Of a DNA stretch of 61,638 nucleotides, positions 1-8,801 are shown piece by piece (the first letter of the stretch is position 1; each line of letters begins with the position of its first letter). Both the position numbers and the translations under genes were made by a program. Source of the DNA: Spirochaetaceae bacterium (GTDB lineage Bacteria > Spirochaetota > Spirochaetia > DSM-27196 > SLAA01); NCBI GenBank assembly GCA_003552185.1, contig PUOW01000187.1:1-61638 (forward strand). The letters are read 5' to 3'. Below the pieces are notes generated by a model. It ran no database searches. It was not told the DNA's origin and saw nothing but the letters and a program-made list of their open reading frames with translations.

Positions 1-57
1 CGGATCGTCCGCCTCGTTGTGCTTATCGTGCTTATCGTGTTTATCGGGTTTCTTCAT
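1..57 (-). CDS. 5' end of a CDS running off the left edge (partial; begins MKKPDKHDKHDKHNEADDP...), product unknown
   Basis: Reverse strand reads GGGGAGAAT ATG AAG AAA CCC GAT AAA CAC GAT AAG CAC GAT AAG CAC..., with the ATG at 57..55 and a GGAG Shine-Dalgarno just upstream. It is absent from the ORF track because the window edge truncates it. It contains a 9-bp tandem repeat (cttatcgtg). Confidence 0.3.
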   Translation of the reverse strand, partial: MKKPDKHDKHDKHNEADDP

Positions 58-201
58 ATTCTCCCCAGAAGCACCCCAGGAACTCGGCCTCCCATGCAGA
101 CCGAACCAATGAGTAGACCGAATATGTATTATCGGAAGTGGTGCATGTGACGCAATCCCACTCTTGATTTCACGTCGCTCCCGATTTTACGTCTTATCGG
201 C

Positions 202-489
202 TCATCGGCGTTCCGAGCCGCTGCTCACGCTTGAAAACACCCACATCAGCACGAAGGACGTGATCAACGGTGGAAAGATATTCACGTTGTTGAGATTGGC
301 CAACCGCTGAATCAGGTCTTCGAAGTAAAAGTCGATCACACCGCCGAGAAACGCTCCCACCAGTCCCAAGACCAGCGCGCCCCAGAAGCGCCCCAAAAAC
401 GGTCTACGCAGGACGTAATAGAACCACAACGTGATGCCGAACCCAATTACCATGTACGTGAGCCCGATGTTTAAGTAGTACGTAGCCAT
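202..489 (-). CDS. small integral membrane protein (possibly GlsB/YeaQ/YmgE-like)
   Basis: 95-aa ORF with about 3 hydrophobic helices and a Gly-zipper LGLVGAFLGGV. Family resemblance judged by eye only. Confidence 0.5.
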   Translation of the reverse strand: MATYYLNIGLTYMVIGFGITLWFYYVLRRPFLGRFWGALVLGLVGAFLGGVIDFYFEDLIQRLANLNNVNIFPPLITSFVLMWVFSSVSSGSERR

Positions 490-504
490 AGTTTCCTTCC
501 TGCG

Positions 505-1368
505 TTATTGCGGAAAAATGTCAATACGGCCTAAAAACGCCGGCGCGCTGTAGATCACCTCGAAATCGGTGGTTCTGCCGTACGCAAGCCCGTAGATCGC
601 GATCTCGATACGATTGTTTTCGTCGATTGCCGTCACAAACCGAGTACTGCCGGCACCGAAATCGGCGTCGCCGGCGGAATATCCGGTCTCGATATCGTTT
701 TCACGCTCGAACGGAAAGAACGGCTTCGCGACCCCTTCGGCATCCTCTACATTCGGGCCACGCGCAAGCCGCCGAGAGTCCCCCGGCTGAGGGCTACCGT
801 TTTCCAGATACAGCGCGTAGGCGTCGTTTTCGTCTATCAGCGGATCGTCAACCTCCGAGTCATACGGAAAAAACAGGTCGTATTGCACCGAGCCGCTCGC
901 TCCTGCAAGCAGCGGTTGCGCCCCGGTGCCGGTAGCACCGCGTGAACGGATTCGCCGATACCCGCGCTGCCGCAAACGGTTCGGATTCGGTGAACGCGGC
1001 GAATCGCGGATGAAGTCGTCATCGGCCTGGAACTGGTCGTCAATCAACTGGTCACCGTCGTCGGTATAGAACTTGTAGTACAGCTCGTACCCGCGAAACT
1101 CATCGACGTCGTCGTTATCCGACGCATGCCTGAAGCGAATCACGGTGCCTTCTTCGTCGAGCTTCACCGGCTCTTCCAGGAACGGCACACTCGGAAGACC
1201 GCATCCTACGACGGTGAGAGCTAAGACGCCCACGCCCAAAAGACCGCCCAACACGACGGCCAATCGCGGGATAAAACGAAAACGGCGAAACGCTCCGATT
1301 TGCTTCACATCATGCCGAGCCTTAGACTCCGCGATTGCACTGCACCCGCCCTTCCGCGGGCGGCGCAC
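505..1368 (-). CDS. hypothetical lipoprotein / membrane-anchored acidic protein
   Basis: 287-aa ORF. It has an N-terminal hydrophobic signal ending in the lipobox-like LTVVGC. The remainder is Asp/Glu-rich with no domain I recognise. Confidence 0.55.
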   Translation of the reverse strand: MRRPRKGGCSAIAESKARHDVKQIGAFRRFRFIPRLAVVLGGLLGVGVLALTVVGCGLPSVPFLEEPVKLDEEGTVIRFRHASDNDDVDEFRGYELYYKFYTDDGDQLIDDQFQADDDFIRDSPRSPNPNRLRQRGYRRIRSRGATGTGAQPLLAGASGSVQYDLFFPYDSEVDDPLIDENDAYALYLENGSPQPGDSRRLARGPNVEDAEGVAKPFFPFERENDIETGYSAGDADFGAGSTRFVTAIDENNRIEIAIYGLAYGRTTDFEVIYSAPAFLGRIDIFPQ

Positions 1369-1403
1369 GGGTAATGCTACCGGGTAATGCTACGCGGAGC
1401 CGG

Positions 1404-2099
1404 TTAGATTCGTTCCTCGGCCCGCAGCACGATCAGCCGATTGCGGGCCATGTTACTCCATGGGCTCGCGGAGTACTCCTCCACGAGTTCGTTGTACGCG
1501 TCCGCGGCCTCACCGAAACGCTCGCCGGTCTCGAAGATCCTGGCAAGCCCGAATAACGCGCGCGGTGTCTCGGGCGTCTCCGCGCCGTAGCGTTCTACGA
1601 TTCGCTGAAACAGTTGCTCAGCGCGCCCGAGCTCCTCGAGCTCCTCTGCTGCAAACGCTGCGTACAACAGGGCACGCGGCGCAAGGTGCGCATCTTGATA
1701 TTGATCGGCTACTCGTTCAAACGCCGTGAGCGCCTCGGAGTATCGGCCCATCTCGAACTGCATCTCGGCCTCGATATAGGCCGCGCGCAAGGCACCGTAT
1801 GTACCGGAGAAACGATCGCGAATCGCCTCGATCTCGGCGAACAACTCCGGTTCGAGCTCTGCACGTTGTTCCTCGTCAGCGGCCGACCACTCTTGATACT
1901 GCTCCTCAACCGCCTCGATGCGAACGAGTGCTTCCTCTGCGCGGCGCGACTGCAGCTCCATAACCACAACCGCACCGATGCCGCCCACAAACAGCACCGC
2001 TATGACAATGATAATCTGTTTTCGAAACCGGTGCAGAAACGCGGATACCGCATCCGCTACACGGGGCTTCGCCTGTTCGCCGTCCGGGGTCTTCGCCAT
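1404..2099 (-). CDS. membrane-anchored TPR-like protein (YfgM-like architecture)
   Basis: 231-aa ORF with a single N-terminal TM helix (IIIVIAVLFVGGIGAVVVM) followed by TPR-like helical repeats. An AGGAG SD lies 9 nt upstream of the ATG. Confidence 0.55.
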   Translation of the reverse strand: MAKTPDGEQAKPRVADAVSAFLHRFRKQIIIVIAVLFVGGIGAVVVMELQSRRAEEALVRIEAVEEQYQEWSAADEEQRAELEPELFAEIEAIRDRFSGTYGALRAAYIEAEMQFEMGRYSEALTAFERVADQYQDAHLAPRALLYAAFAAEELEELGRAEQLFQRIVERYGAETPETPRALFGLARIFETGERFGEAADAYNELVEEYSASPWSNMARNRLIVLRAEERI

Positions 2100-2129
2100 A
2101 GTTGCAACTCCTGCTGAAAATCTCCAGTA

Positions 2130-3638
2130 TTACGTTATCTCGAGCTCTTTAATCAGACGAGATAGATAGGTTCGTTGTATGCCGAGCGCTTTCGCGGTCT
2201 CGGTTTGATGCCAACCGTGACGCTCGAGAGCGTTTCGGATGAAATGCCTTTTGAATAGTGTCACCGATTCCTTCAGAGACTTATCCTCGTACTGGTGATC
2301 ACTGCCTGAGCCGCCGGCGCGCTCGAGTGCGAGCTCGGCTGGGCTCACGTAGCTTCTGTCGCAGATTACCACCGCGCGTTCTATTACATTCTCGAGCTCT
2401 CGCACGTTTCCCGGCCAGGAGTACGACAGGAGGATCTCCATCGCTTCATCGGTAAAACCCTGTACCTGCTTTTTGGTTTCTTGATTGACGCGTTTCAAAA
2501 AGAACTCGGCCAAAACCGGGATATCCTCGCGGCGCCGTCTCAGCGGTGGAACCTCGAGCGGCAACACGTTTAGGCGGTAGTACAGATCACTTCTAAACTC
2601 GCGTTGCTCAACAGCCTTCGCGATGTCCTTGTTGGTAGCCGCAAGGATGCGGACGTTCACTTTCTTCGGCGTGCTCGAGCCTACTTTCTCGAAACTGCGC
2701 TCTTGGATGACGCGCAGCATCTTGGCCTGCAGCGCCGGTGGAAGATCTCCGATTTCGTCGAGAAATATCGTCCCGCCGTCGGCGAGCTCGAAGCGCCCGG
2801 TTCGGTCGCGGTCGGCATCGGTGAACGCACCCTTGACGTGTCCAAACAGCTCGCTTTCAAGCAGCGGCTCGGGTAGCGCGGCGCAGTTCACGCGCACCAA
2901 CGGACCGTGTCGCCTGGTGCTGCGCTGGTGGATCTGCTCGGCGATCAGCTCCTTCCCGACCCCGCTCTCTCCGAGAATCAAAACCGAAGAGTCGGTCTCG
3001 GCAATGCGCGAAACGAGCTCGAGCTTCTCCTGCATCACCCGGCTTTCGGCGATCAGGGTGTGGAACCCCTTCACTCCGTTCATCTGGTCTTTCAAGATGT
3101 CTATCTGGTCGCGCACCGCTTGGAACGACTTGGCGTTTTGAATCGCGAGCGCCGCCTGGGTGGCGAAGATCTCGAGCCATTGTCGGTCGTCCTCGGTGAA
3201 CTGCCCGGTTTCGGTTTTGTTCACCATCTCGAGAACGCCGACGCAGCGATCCTCGATCCGCATCGGGACCGCGAGAATAGCCGATGTTTCGAACTCAATG
3301 CTTGAGCTGATTTGGGGTTGAAAGCGCTCGTCCTGCGTCACGTCGTTGACGATCAAGGATCGATTGTGCTCCGCAACCCAGCCGGCGATCCCTTCGCCGC
3401 GCTTGAGACTGAACTGCTTGACCTCGGCGCCCTTAGAACCAAGCGCAATCTCGAAATGCAGGTTTCCGGTCTCGGGGTTGAGCAGCAGCAGAGAAGACGC
3501 CTCCGCGCCGGTTAAGCGCGTGGCGGATTCGAGAATACGTTGAAGCAGGGCGCGAGGGTCTGCATAATACGAATTGATTAAGGTGTTGATCTCAATGAAG
3601 GTTTCGAACTTCTGCGGATCAATGTTCGTCTTAACCAT
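2130..3638 (-). CDS. sigma-54-dependent transcriptional activator, GAF-AAA+-HTH (Fis family)
   Basis: 502 aa. N-terminal GAF-like region, Walker A GESGVGKE, the sigma-54 contact motif ESELFGHVKGAFTDA, and a C-terminal Fis-type HTH (ETAKALGIQRTYLSRLIKEL). No receiver domain. Confidence 0.9.
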   Translation of the reverse strand: MVKTNIDPQKFETFIEINTLINSYYADPRALLQRILESATRLTGAEASSLLLLNPETGNLHFEIALGSKGAEVKQFSLKRGEGIAGWVAEHNRSLIVNDVTQDERFQPQISSSIEFETSAILAVPMRIEDRCVGVLEMVNKTETGQFTEDDRQWLEIFATQAALAIQNAKSFQAVRDQIDILKDQMNGVKGFHTLIAESRVMQEKLELVSRIAETDSSVLILGESGVGKELIAEQIHQRSTRRHGPLVRVNCAALPEPLLESELFGHVKGAFTDADRDRTGRFELADGGTIFLDEIGDLPPALQAKMLRVIQERSFEKVGSSTPKKVNVRILAATNKDIAKAVEQREFRSDLYYRLNVLPLEVPPLRRRREDIPVLAEFFLKRVNQETKKQVQGFTDEAMEILLSYSWPGNVRELENVIERAVVICDRSYVSPAELALERAGGSGSDHQYEDKSLKESVTLFKRHFIRNALERHGWHQTETAKALGIQRTYLSRLIKELEIT

Positions 3639-3662
3639 TTCCTTGCAGACCCACGCACGGCG

Positions 3663-5387
3663 TTACACCTCGCCTTTGTCCTTCAAGAACTCACCGAGCG
3701 TGAAAGTGTCCTCGTCTCCCGAGTCGTGAATGTACTTCTGCATCTCTTCGCGCTGCTCTTTGCGCTCGAGCTCGCGAACCGACAGCGAAAGCCGCTGCTT
3801 CGACGGGTTGATCTCGGTAATGACGACGCTAATTTTGTCGCCGACCGAGATGTTCTTAACCGCCTGCTCGTACGGTTCCACGCGCGGATCGGTGAGGTTG
3901 TTCTTGTGCAACAAGCCCTCGATGCCGCCGTAGACGCGGAGGAACAGCCCAAAATCGGTGATGTTGGTGACCTCGCCCTCGATAATCTCGCGACGCTGCG
4001 ATACTTGTTTCAAGGTTGCCCAGGGGTCTTCCGACAGCTGCTTGACGCCGACGCGAATGTTGCGATTGTCGGGGTCAACCCACAGCACTACCACCTCAAC
4101 ATCCTCGCCTTCGGTGAGCACGTCCGAGACGTTACGCGGACGGTTTGCCCAGGAGAGGTCGTCGATATGCAGGAAGGCATCGATGCCCTCTTCCAACTCG
4201 ATGAACGCCCCCGAGTTGGTGATCTTCTTCACCGGGCGAACCAGCTGCGTACCGGCCGGATACTGCTCGGCCATGCTTTCCCACGGATTGGGGAGTACCT
4301 GCTTGAGACCGAGCGAAACACGCCCTTGAGCGATATCGTAGTCGAGGATCTTAGTCTCGACCTCGTCGCCGGGCTTCAAGACCTCTTTCGGGTGATTGAT
4401 GCGCTTAACCCAGGACAGCTCCGAGATGTGCGCAAGGCCCTCGATGCCTTCCTCGAGCTCGATGAACGCACCGAAATCGGCAAGCTTGGTAACACGGCCC
4501 GGCACCACGTCGTCAATATGGTACTTGTCTTCGAAGCTCTCCCACGGATCGGGAGTCATGTGCCGTAGCGAGAGATTGACTTTCTGCTCCTCGGGCTCCA
4601 TGCGGATCACCTTGAGCGTGAGCTCCTCGCCTTTTTTGACGATGTCTTTCGGGCGGGTAACATGGCCCCAGCTCATGTCGTTGATATGGAGCAATCCGTC
4701 GAAGCCGCCGAGGTCTATAAAAGCCCCGAATGAGGTGAAGGTCTTTACTACGCCGGTTACTTCATCACCGATATCGACGCTCTTGAAGAAGTCTTCGCGC
4801 TTGCGCTGCACCTCTTCCTCGAGCCATGCGCGGCGCGAGAGAATGATGTTTACACGGTTTTCGCTATACAAACGCTCAACGTAGAACTTGGACTCGAGGC
4901 CGACGTACTCGTCGGGATTCTCAATACGGTGCGTATCCATCTTCGAGATGGGGTTGAACCCTCGCACCCCGGGGTGGATCTGTACCTCGAACCCACCTTT
5001 TACGCTGCGCGTAACCTTGCCGTCTACCGGAATGTGATCCTGAAAGGCCTGCTTCAGCTCTTTCCAGAACACCCGTTCATCGGCTTTGCGCTTCGAAACC
5101 GGAACACCGCCGGATCGTGCGTCACGACTCTGAAGCACGACATCGACCTCATCTCCGACCTGCGGGGGTTCTTCAAACTCATCGAGTGCAACTTTTCCGT
5201 CGGATTTATAGCCGATGTTGATGAACACGTTTTCTGAGCCGACTAACACAACCGTCCCGCTGATCAGCTCACCAACCTCGGGCTGGTTTACCTCCATCTC
5301 GTCGATGGTTTTTAGAAACTCGTCACGAGTCTCCTCCGGAACAGTTTCACCGAGCGACTCTGTGTTCTGCGCTTCCTTCTCTACCAT
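3663..5387 (-). CDS. rpsA: 30S ribosomal protein S1
   Basis: 574 aa with six tandem S1/OB repeats (e.g. VTGVVKTFTSFGAFIDLG, VPGRVTKLADFGAFIELEEG, VKKITNSGAFIELEEG, GEVTNITDFGLFLRV). Classical cmk-rpsA synteny. Confidence 0.95.
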   Translation of the reverse strand: MVEKEAQNTESLGETVPEETRDEFLKTIDEMEVNQPEVGELISGTVVLVGSENVFINIGYKSDGKVALDEFEEPPQVGDEVDVVLQSRDARSGGVPVSKRKADERVFWKELKQAFQDHIPVDGKVTRSVKGGFEVQIHPGVRGFNPISKMDTHRIENPDEYVGLESKFYVERLYSENRVNIILSRRAWLEEEVQRKREDFFKSVDIGDEVTGVVKTFTSFGAFIDLGGFDGLLHINDMSWGHVTRPKDIVKKGEELTLKVIRMEPEEQKVNLSLRHMTPDPWESFEDKYHIDDVVPGRVTKLADFGAFIELEEGIEGLAHISELSWVKRINHPKEVLKPGDEVETKILDYDIAQGRVSLGLKQVLPNPWESMAEQYPAGTQLVRPVKKITNSGAFIELEEGIDAFLHIDDLSWANRPRNVSDVLTEGEDVEVVVLWVDPDNRNIRVGVKQLSEDPWATLKQVSQRREIIEGEVTNITDFGLFLRVYGGIEGLLHKNNLTDPRVEPYEQAVKNISVGDKISVVITEINPSKQRLSLSVRELERKEQREEMQKYIHDSGDEDTFTLGEFLKDKGEV

Positions 5388-5408
5388 GATACCTACTAGT
5401 TCTCCTGA

Positions 5409-6050
5409 TTAACGTTTCAACCGAATTGTTTCCATAACTGTGTCATAAACTGTATCGATGGTCAAGTCCGAGGTATCCAAATACACCGCGTCCTCGCTCA
5501 CCCGCAACCGGCCCTGCTGCTTGTCGCGGTCGAGCCGATCGCGCTCGGCTATCGCGGCTTTGAGGTCCTCGAGCGTTAAACCGCTGGTGTTCTCGCGGTA
5601 GCGGCGCTCGGCGCGCGCCTCTATACCGGCATCGAGATAGATCTTCACCTCGGCATCGGGAAACACTACCGTGGTAATGTCGCGCCCTTCCACCACGCTG
5701 TCCTGTTTCTGCGCCGATTTACGCAACGCAGTGTTGACCAATTCGCGCAGCTGTGGAAACGAAGATACCTGCGCGACATGCCGGTCGACCTCGTCGGTGC
5801 GCAGCAGCGCCTCCGAGACCGGCCGGCCGTCGAGGTACACCGCGTTGTCTTTCCAATCGAGCGTGCTGTGTTCGGCGACGCTCAGCACCGCCTCACGGTC
5901 GGCCGGATCGTGACCGTGATCGAGCACCTTGCGCGTGAGCGCGCGATAGAACAGCCCGGAGTTGATGTAGGTGAACCCGGTGTTTTCGCCGACCATGCGT
6001 GCGATCGCGCTTTTGCCGCTACCGGCCGGTCCGTCTATTGCAACAATCAT
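5409..6050 (-). CDS. cmk: cytidylate kinase
   Basis: 213 aa. P-loop MIVAIDGPAGSGKS at the N-terminus and GRDITTVVFPDAEVKIYLDA. Directly upstream of rpsA. Confidence 0.92.
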   Translation of the reverse strand: MIVAIDGPAGSGKSAIARMVGENTGFTYINSGLFYRALTRKVLDHGHDPADREAVLSVAEHSTLDWKDNAVYLDGRPVSEALLRTDEVDRHVAQVSSFPQLRELVNTALRKSAQKQDSVVEGRDITTVVFPDAEVKIYLDAGIEARAERRYRENTSGLTLEDLKAAIAERDRLDRDKQQGRLRVSEDAVYLDTSDLTIDTVYDTVMETIRLKR

Positions 6051-6164
6051 CTCCCCTCCAGCGATAGGTTTCGGTGCGCGCTTCCGCTGCGTGCCTGTGT
6101 TTCGCGTTGCCGGCCCGGGCAGCCCGAGCCCCGGGGCCCGAGGCGGTCGGGTCGCGCGGCCGGC

Positions 6165-6956
6165 TTACTCGGAATCCTGCTTACCGTGCGCCCTCCGTCC
6201 CCCGGATTCACTCGGTTCGCCGGAGCGATCCGCAGCGAGCGCGAGCAGTTTCTTGATTTCGCGATCGTTCAGCGGCCGAAACATTCCCGGCGAGAGATTG
6301 CTGAGCCAGAGCGTTCCGATGCGCACCCGATGCACGCGCTTAAGGGCAACGTTGAAATGCGCGAACACCCGCCGGATCTCGCGATTCTTGCCTTCTTCGA
6401 GCACCAGGTGCACCCGTCGAGCGTTCTTCACGCGGTAGTCTTTGAGCCGATAGGTCTCGCCGTCTATCTGGATACCGCGCCGGTAGCGCTCCAGCAGCTC
6501 CTCGGCGACCGGTTTGCGAGTCTCAACGAGGTACTCTTTCTCGATTCTGCTCGACGGATGCGATACCGCACGCGCAAACTCGCCGTCGTTTGTGAGCAGG
6601 ATCAGCCCGGTCGACATGAAGTCCAGCCGGCCCACCGTGAACAAGCGTTCGCTCACGGTGTCTCGCAGTAGGTCGAGCACCAGCGGCCGGCCCTCGGGAT
6701 CGTGGTTGCTGCACAGGTAACGCGGCGGCTTGTTCATCGCGAGGTAGATCGGGTTCGCGCTGATACGCAAACGCGTGCCGTCGAGCGTTACCACGTCCTC
6801 GGGCCCCACCGTCTCGCCTTGGCGCACGATCAGACGTCCGTTGACCGCAACCCTGCCTTCCTCGATTATCCGCTCGCAGCGTCGGCGTGAGGCCACCCCG
6901 GCTTTCGCCATAAACAACTGCAGGCGCATCGGCCACTGTTCGTTCGTCTTCTTCAT
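6165..6956 (-). CDS. rluB: 23S rRNA pseudouridine synthase, RluB/RsuA family (S4 domain + catalytic domain)
   Basis: 263 aa. N-terminal S4 RNA-binding motif (MRLQLFMAKAGVASRRRCERIIEEGRVAVNG) and catalytic GRLDFMSTGLILLTNDGE. Follows scpA-scpB as in many bacteria. Confidence 0.85.
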   Translation of the reverse strand: MKKTNEQWPMRLQLFMAKAGVASRRRCERIIEEGRVAVNGRLIVRQGETVGPEDVVTLDGTRLRISANPIYLAMNKPPRYLCSNHDPEGRPLVLDLLRDTVSERLFTVGRLDFMSTGLILLTNDGEFARAVSHPSSRIEKEYLVETRKPVAEELLERYRRGIQIDGETYRLKDYRVKNARRVHLVLEEGKNREIRRVFAHFNVALKRVHRVRIGTLWLSNLSPGMFRPLNDREIKKLLALAADRSGEPSESGGRRAHGKQDSE

Positions 6957-6972
6957 AAGCGTTTCGTAGCGG

Positions 6973-7539
6973 TCATTCCGAGTCTTCGAGCTCGAACCGT
7001 CGACGGTCTTGCTCGTCGAGCCGCGGCAGATCCTTTATGCTCGCGAGCCGAAAGAGCTTCAGAAACTCATTTGTGGTGCCGTACTGTACCGGACGCCCGG
7101 GCGCATCCTTACGGCCGATCTCTTGTATGAGCTCGCGCTGCAGCAGCAGCCGGATCATGCCGTCGGGCGAGACGCCGCGCAGGCCCTCGATCTCGGCGCG
7201 TGTAATCGGCTGGGAGTACGCGATGATCGAAAGGGTCTCGATCGCGGCCCGAGAAAGCTTGTTCTCGTTGCGCTTCCCGTAGCGGTCGCGCAGATTCTCC
7301 CACAGCTCGAGTTTGGGCTGCAGCACATAGCCCTCGGCGAGCTGCACAAGCTCGATGCCGTGCGCCTCATCGGCGTAGCGTTCGTTCAGCACGCCGACGC
7401 AGCTCTCGATCACGGTGCGGTCGAGCTTTGCGATCTTGGCGAGTTGATCGAGCGTTACCGGTTCGCTTTCCAGCAGCAAGATAGCCTCGAGGATAGCGGT
7501 TTCTTTACTCAGCTCCATCGAGCACTTCCCCAGGGCCAC
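6973..7539 (-). CDS. scpB: segregation and condensation protein B
   Basis: 188 aa, typical ScpB winged-helix sequence (IEGLRGVSPDGMIRLLLQRELI). Overlaps the scpA 3' end. The real start may be the internal ATG at 7518 (MELSKET...). Confidence 0.88.
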   Translation of the reverse strand: MALGKCSMELSKETAILEAILLLESEPVTLDQLAKIAKLDRTVIESCVGVLNERYADEAHGIELVQLAEGYVLQPKLELWENLRDRYGKRNENKLSRAAIETLSIIAYSQPITRAEIEGLRGVSPDGMIRLLLQRELIQEIGRKDAPGRPVQYGTTNEFLKLFRLASIKDLPRLDEQDRRRFELEDSE

Positions 7540-8272
7540 GCCGTACCATGATGTCGCCGAACAAGCGGTTTTGAAAGATCCTCACTTTGCGGCTCTTGAC
7601 CGTCTCGAGGATCGCGAGCAGCGCACAGACGATCTCCATTCTGGAGTCGGACCGTACGATGAGATCGGTGAACGGGAACTGCTCGTTTCGGTCGAGCAAC
7701 TCGTTGATCAAGGTAATCTTCTCGTTGATGGAAACCTCTTCGTAGAGGTCTATGATGCGGTCGTCGGAAACCGTCTCGAGAATCGCCGAGAACGCCTTGA
7801 AGAGATCCCAGACGTCCATCTGTTCCCATACATCGTCTTCCTCCGGAAACGGCAGCGCGATCTCTTTCTTTTTGCGATCGAGCACCCACTCGCTGTGTTT
7901 CTCGCGCTCGATCATGATATCGGTGAGCTTCTTATACTTCTGATACTCGATGAGACGCTCTACGAGCTCCGCACGCGGATCTTCGAGCTCATCGCCGAGC
8001 TCGGCGTCGTTCGGTAGCAGCATACGCGACTTGATGTGAAGCAGCGTTGCGGCCATGACGTAGAACTCGGTTAAGTTCTCGAGATCGGCGCGCTCTCCGG
8101 TGCGTAGATACTCGAGGTACTGCTCGGTGATCTCGTGGATCGGAATATCGTAGATATTGATCTCGCTTCGGCGAATAAGGAACAGCAGGAGGTCGAGCGG
8201 ACCTTCGAAGTCCTGTAACTTAAATACCGCGTGCGACTCCGTCTCGTTTCTGGGCGTCTCTTGTGGTTGCAT
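7505..8272 (-). CDS. scpA: segregation and condensation protein A (kleisin)
   Basis: 255 aa. N-terminal FKLQDFEGPLDLLLFLIRRSEINIYDIPI is the ScpA signature. Confidence 0.9.
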   Translation of the reverse strand: MQPQETPRNETESHAVFKLQDFEGPLDLLLFLIRRSEINIYDIPIHEITEQYLEYLRTGERADLENLTEFYVMAATLLHIKSRMLLPNDAELGDELEDPRAELVERLIEYQKYKKLTDIMIEREKHSEWVLDRKKKEIALPFPEEDDVWEQMDVWDLFKAFSAILETVSDDRIIDLYEEVSINEKITLINELLDRNEQFPFTDLIVRSDSRMEIVCALLAILETVKSRKVRIFQNRLFGDIMVRRGPGEVLDGAE

Positions 8273-8304
8273 AGATGATAGTACCGGGTGCGGAGATTAT
8301 ACCG

Positions 8305-8790
8305 TTACCCGTCGATTGGGTAAATCCCTTCGAGCGTGAGTCGATCAAGATCGTCGCGATATCTGCGTCCGGTTTCGGGGTTATACGCTCGCGGGCAGAG
8401 CTCGAGCAGCGGAAGCAACACGAACACACGCTCGGAAATACCGGGGTGCGGCACGACCAGCCGCGGGTGACGCACAACCCAGTCGCGATACAGCAGCAGG
8501 TCGAGGTCGAGCGTGCGCGGGCCTTTCGGCCGAGCTGCGTCGCGTTCGCGGCCCAAGGCGCGCTCGATCGCGAGCAGCCGCTCGAGCAACGCCAGCGGTC
8601 CGAGCGAGGTGCGCAGCCGTACCACGGTGTTGAGAAAGCGCGGTTGCTCACGGTCGTACTGCGGCTCGCTCTCGTACAGGCGCGCCACCTCGAGATCCTC
8701 AAACTCCAGATCGAGCAGCCTCACCGCCGCCTTGAGCGTCGCCTCGCGGCGGCCGAGATTACTGCCGAGCCCAATATAGATCGCGCTCAG
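8305..8790 (-). CDS. folK: 2-amino-4-hydroxy-6-hydroxymethyldihydropteridine pyrophosphokinase (HPPK)
   Basis: The ORF track gives 8305..8724 (GTG). The same frame, open upstream, encodes LSAIYIGLGSNLGRREATLKAA, the conserved HPPK N-terminus. The downstream part has TLDLDLLLY and VVPHPGISERVFVLLPLLEL. Start placed at CTG 8790..8788 behind a GAGGG SD; the start codon is uncertain. Confidence 0.8.
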   Translation of the reverse strand: MSAIYIGLGSNLGRREATLKAAVRLLDLEFEDLEVARLYESEPQYDREQPRFLNTVVRLRTSLGPLALLERLLAIERALGRERDAARPKGPRTLDLDLLLYRDWVVRHPRLVVPHPGISERVFVLLPLLELCPRAYNPETGRRYRDDLDRLTLEGIYPIDG

Positions 8791-8801
8791 AACACCCTCG
8801 T

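Noticed and set aside
2100-2129. Possible sigma-54 promoter (cTGGAGattttcaGCagg) upstream of the YfgM-like gene, next to the EBP
   Set aside because: The GG-to-GC spacing is 9 nt rather than 10 and the flanks do not match TGGCAC/TTGCA. The GCAGGAG is better explained as the Shine-Dalgarno sequence.
5778-6671. 297-aa plus-strand ORF overlapping cmk and rluB
   Set aside because: Antisense to two clear genes. It has Arg/Pro/Ala-rich composition typical of the GC-rich shadow frame, with no start context or domain.
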